The notes beneath the pieces were generated by a model. It ran no database searches. It was not told the DNA's origin and saw only the letters and a list, made by a program, of their open reading frames with translations. The position numbers and the translations under genes were made by a program. From Pasteurella multocida (GTDB lineage: Bacteria; Pseudomonadota; Gammaproteobacteria; Enterobacterales; Pasteurellaceae), in the NCBI RefSeq assembly GCF_900187275.1, contig NZ_LT906458.1:1050001-1082000 (forward strand): a stretch of 32,000 nt of DNA, written 5' to 3'. Of this stretch, positions 28,986 through 32,000 are shown in pieces; within the stretch, counting starts at the first letter, position 1; each line of letters begins with the position of its first letter.

Positions 28986-30032
28986 ATGAAAAAATTAACT
29001 GGCATTTTAACTGCTAGCGTGATGATGCTGGGCGTAAGCAACTATGCAAGCGCAGCTAACAATGAAGTTTACCTTTATACTTGGACTGAATATGTTCCTG
29101 AAGGTTTATTAGATGAATTTACCAAACAAACGGGAATTAAGGTCATTGTTTCAAGCCTTGAGTCAAACGAAACCATGTATGCCAAATTAAAAACTTTGGG
29201 GAAAGACGGTGGCTATGATGTGATTGCACCAACTAGCTATTTTGTGTCCAAAATGGCACGTGAAGGCATGCTAAAAGAGCTTGATCACAGTAAATTACCG
29301 GTCATTAAAGAGCTTGATCCAAATATGCTTGATCGCCCTTACGATAAAGGCAATAAATATTCATTACCACAACTCTTTGGTGCGACTGGCATTGCTTATA
29401 ATACCACCAACCAAGATCCAAGCCATTTCCAATCTTGGGGGGATTTATGGAATGCCGAATTCAAAGGGAAAGTACAAATGCTCGATGACCCTCGTGAACT
29501 GTTTAATATTGCTTTATTAAAAATGGGGAAAGATCCTAATACTCAAGATCCAGCAGTATTAAAAGAAGCCTATGAGGAATTATTAAAATTACGTCCAAAT
29601 ATTCTTTCTTTTAACTCGGATAACCCTGCCAGTACTTTTATTTCAGGTGAAACCGATATTGGCTTGCTGTGGAATGGTTCCATTCGTATCGCCAAAAATG
29701 AAGGGGCAACGGTAGAGATGATTTATCCAAAAGAAGGCACTATGTTATGGATAGATAATCTTGCTATCCCTTCCAATGCGAAAAATACGGAAAATGCTTA
29801 TAAGCTCATTAACTATTTATTGAGTGCGGATGTATCCGAAAAACTGACTTTAAATATCGGCTATCCAACCTCAAACCTTGAAGCGTTAAAACGCTTACCA
29901 AAAGAATTAACCGATGATCATGCAACGTTCTTAACACAAGAGGTTATTGATAGAAGCCAATGGCAAGTGGACGTAGATAATGCTATCTATTTGTATGAAG
30001 GGTATTATCAAAAGCTCAAAGCAGCAAAATAA
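28986..30032 (+). CDS. potD: Spermidine/putrescine-binding periplasmic protein (copy 2, tandem paralog)
   Basis: 348 aa with signal peptide MKKLTGILTASVMMLGVSNYASA. GGGAG SD lies 8 nt upstream. It aligns without gaps to copy 1 at about 69% identity (hand count, about 240 of 348). Confidence 0.92.
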   Translation: MKKLTGILTASVMMLGVSNYASAANNEVYLYTWTEYVPEGLLDEFTKQTGIKVIVSSLESNETMYAKLKTLGKDGGYDVIAPTSYFVSKMAREGMLKELDHSKLPVIKELDPNMLDRPYDKGNKYSLPQLFGATGIAYNTTNQDPSHFQSWGDLWNAEFKGKVQMLDDPRELFNIALLKMGKDPNTQDPAVLKEAYEELLKLRPNILSFNSDNPASTFISGETDIGLLWNGSIRIAKNEGATVEMIYPKEGTMLWIDNLAIPSNAKNTENAYKLINYLLSADVSEKLTLNIGYPTSNLEALKRLPKELTDDHATFLTQEVIDRSQWQVDVDNAIYLYEGYYQKLKAAK

Positions 30033-30058
30033 TTTACTATCGATTTGATTTGTATCAT

Positions 30059-30090
30059 AAAAAGATCTTCTGAATGAAGATCTTTTTTTT
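30059..30090 (+). terminator. Intrinsic terminator after potD copy 2
   Basis: AAAAAGATCTTC-tgaat-GAAGATCTTTTTTTT. Confidence 0.8.
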
Positions 30091-30136
30091 CTGTTGCATT
30101 AAGATGAGGTCATGCATGATGAGAAGGAGAAACATA

Positions 30137-31030
30137 ATGATCCCAATTTCAGAGAAAATCCGAAAAACACTCTCACTAATTGAGTCCCAACAATTAGCAC
30201 AAGATGTATGGCATATTTTGCAAGAACAACATTTTAAAGGCATGTTACCTTATTTTACGGTTGAACATCTTTGTACTAAACATCAGCTTACACCACAACA
30301 ACTCGCACTTAAGCTCTTACCAATTGCAGCTGCTTACTCTCTCGCTCCAATTTCCCAATTTCATGTTGGGGCTATTGCGATTGGACAACGTGGTGCATAT
30401 TATTTCGGTGCGAATTTAGAGTTTGCCTCGACCCATATTCAACAAACCGTCCATGCTGAACAAAGTGCGATTTCTCATGCTTGGATGAATCACGAAAGTG
30501 CAATTACCGATGTGGTCGTCAACTATACGCCATGTGGCCATTGTCGCCAATTTATGAATGAATTAAAAACCGCCCCGCAGTTAAAAATTCATTTACCACA
30601 CAGTCAAAATAACTTATTACATAGCTATTTACCTGATGCATTTGGTCCGGCTGATTTGGATATTCAGCACTTTTTATTAGATGCACAAGATAACCAGCTT
30701 GCATATGAAACGCAAGATCCTGTCATGTTGACTGCACTTGAATGTGCCAATGCCGCACATGCACCTTATTCGAAGTCATATCACGGCATCGCTATTGAAA
30801 CAAAAGATAAACAAATTTATCGCGGCAGTTATGCGGAAAATGCCGCATTTAACCCAAGTTTACCAGCATTACAGGTCGCACTAAATCACCTTTTACTCAG
30901 TGGTGATACCTTACAAAACATCCAACGTATTGTCATGATCGAAAAAGCAAATCACTTATGCTATCGCCATATGGCTGAAGATTTAGTTGCCAACCTCGTT
31001 GATATCCCACTTGATTATATTGCGCTGTAA
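30137..31030 (+). CDS. cdd: Cytidine deaminase (dimeric, two-domain type)
   Basis: Start moved to ATG 30137 (AAGGAGA SD at 30124-30130), giving 297 aa. Zinc and catalytic motifs HAEQSA and PCGHCRQF are present. Colinear with E. coli Cdd (294 aa) as recalled. Confidence 0.93.
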   Translation: MIPISEKIRKTLSLIESQQLAQDVWHILQEQHFKGMLPYFTVEHLCTKHQLTPQQLALKLLPIAAAYSLAPISQFHVGAIAIGQRGAYYFGANLEFASTHIQQTVHAEQSAISHAWMNHESAITDVVVNYTPCGHCRQFMNELKTAPQLKIHLPHSQNNLLHSYLPDAFGPADLDIQHFLLDAQDNQLAYETQDPVMLTALECANAAHAPYSKSYHGIAIETKDKQIYRGSYAENAAFNPSLPALQVALNHLLLSGDTLQNIQRIVMIEKANHLCYRHMAEDLVANLVDIPLDYIAL

Positions 31031-31049
31031 ACCACACAAAAATAGAATG

Positions 31050-31088
31050 AAAAAAGCGGTCACCTCTTTAACAAGGGACCGCTTTTTT
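31050..31088. terminator. Bidirectional intrinsic terminator between convergent cdd and serS
   Basis: AAAAAAGCGGTC...GACCGCTTTTTT, with inner CCT/AGG pairing. Confidence 0.8.
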
Positions 31089-31101
31089 AAACGCGAAATG
31101 A

Positions 31102-32000
<899 letters not shown>

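Noticed and set aside
27681-30032. potD duplication as an assembly artefact or very recent duplication or gene conversion
   Set aside because: The two copies differ at many synonymous and non-synonymous sites along their whole length. They have unrelated signal peptides and unrelated flanking spacers.

Overview
This window reads as an ordinary core chromosomal segment of a Pasteurellaceae genome. It is AT-rich, and by eye I found at least 13 perfect copies of the Hin-type uptake signal sequence (USS) AAGTGCGGT/ACCGCACTT, mostly as inverted pairs at gene ends. Species cannot be fixed without a database search.

Gene order:
- ampG (5'-truncated), adk
- sucD-sucC-VOC-sucB-sucA on the minus strand, divergent from gltA
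- TRAP transporter dctPQM
- gloC(ycbL)-mepK(ycbK)-ldtD(ycbB)-prc-proQ on the minus strand, divergent from letA-letB (yebS/yebT type)
- pepT on the minus strand, divergent from potA-potB-potC-potD-potD'
- cdd, then serS (minus strand, truncated by the window end)

Several blocks keep E. coli-like synteny: ycbB-ycbK-ycbL, prc-proQ next to yebST, and pepT next to potABCD.

I saw no tRNA or rRNA, IS element or integrase, CRISPR array, phage gene or recognisable defence gene. Every long ORF that is not an antisense shadow has a confident housekeeping assignment, so I cannot support a novel multi-gene system here.

The things worth a second look are architectural or regulatory, and all are of modest interest:
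- a terminator-like hairpin upstream of potA, a 48-codon upstream ORF spanning it, and an inverted repeat beside the potA ribosome-binding site (SD)
- an intrinsic terminator with an overlapping promoter between potC and potD
- tandem diverged potD paralogs, each with its own terminator and a candidate promoter
- a VOC/glyoxalase-fold gene wedged between sucB and sucC
- gltA lying directly divergent from sucA with no sdh genes between them
- USS-derived hairpins at almost every gene boundary
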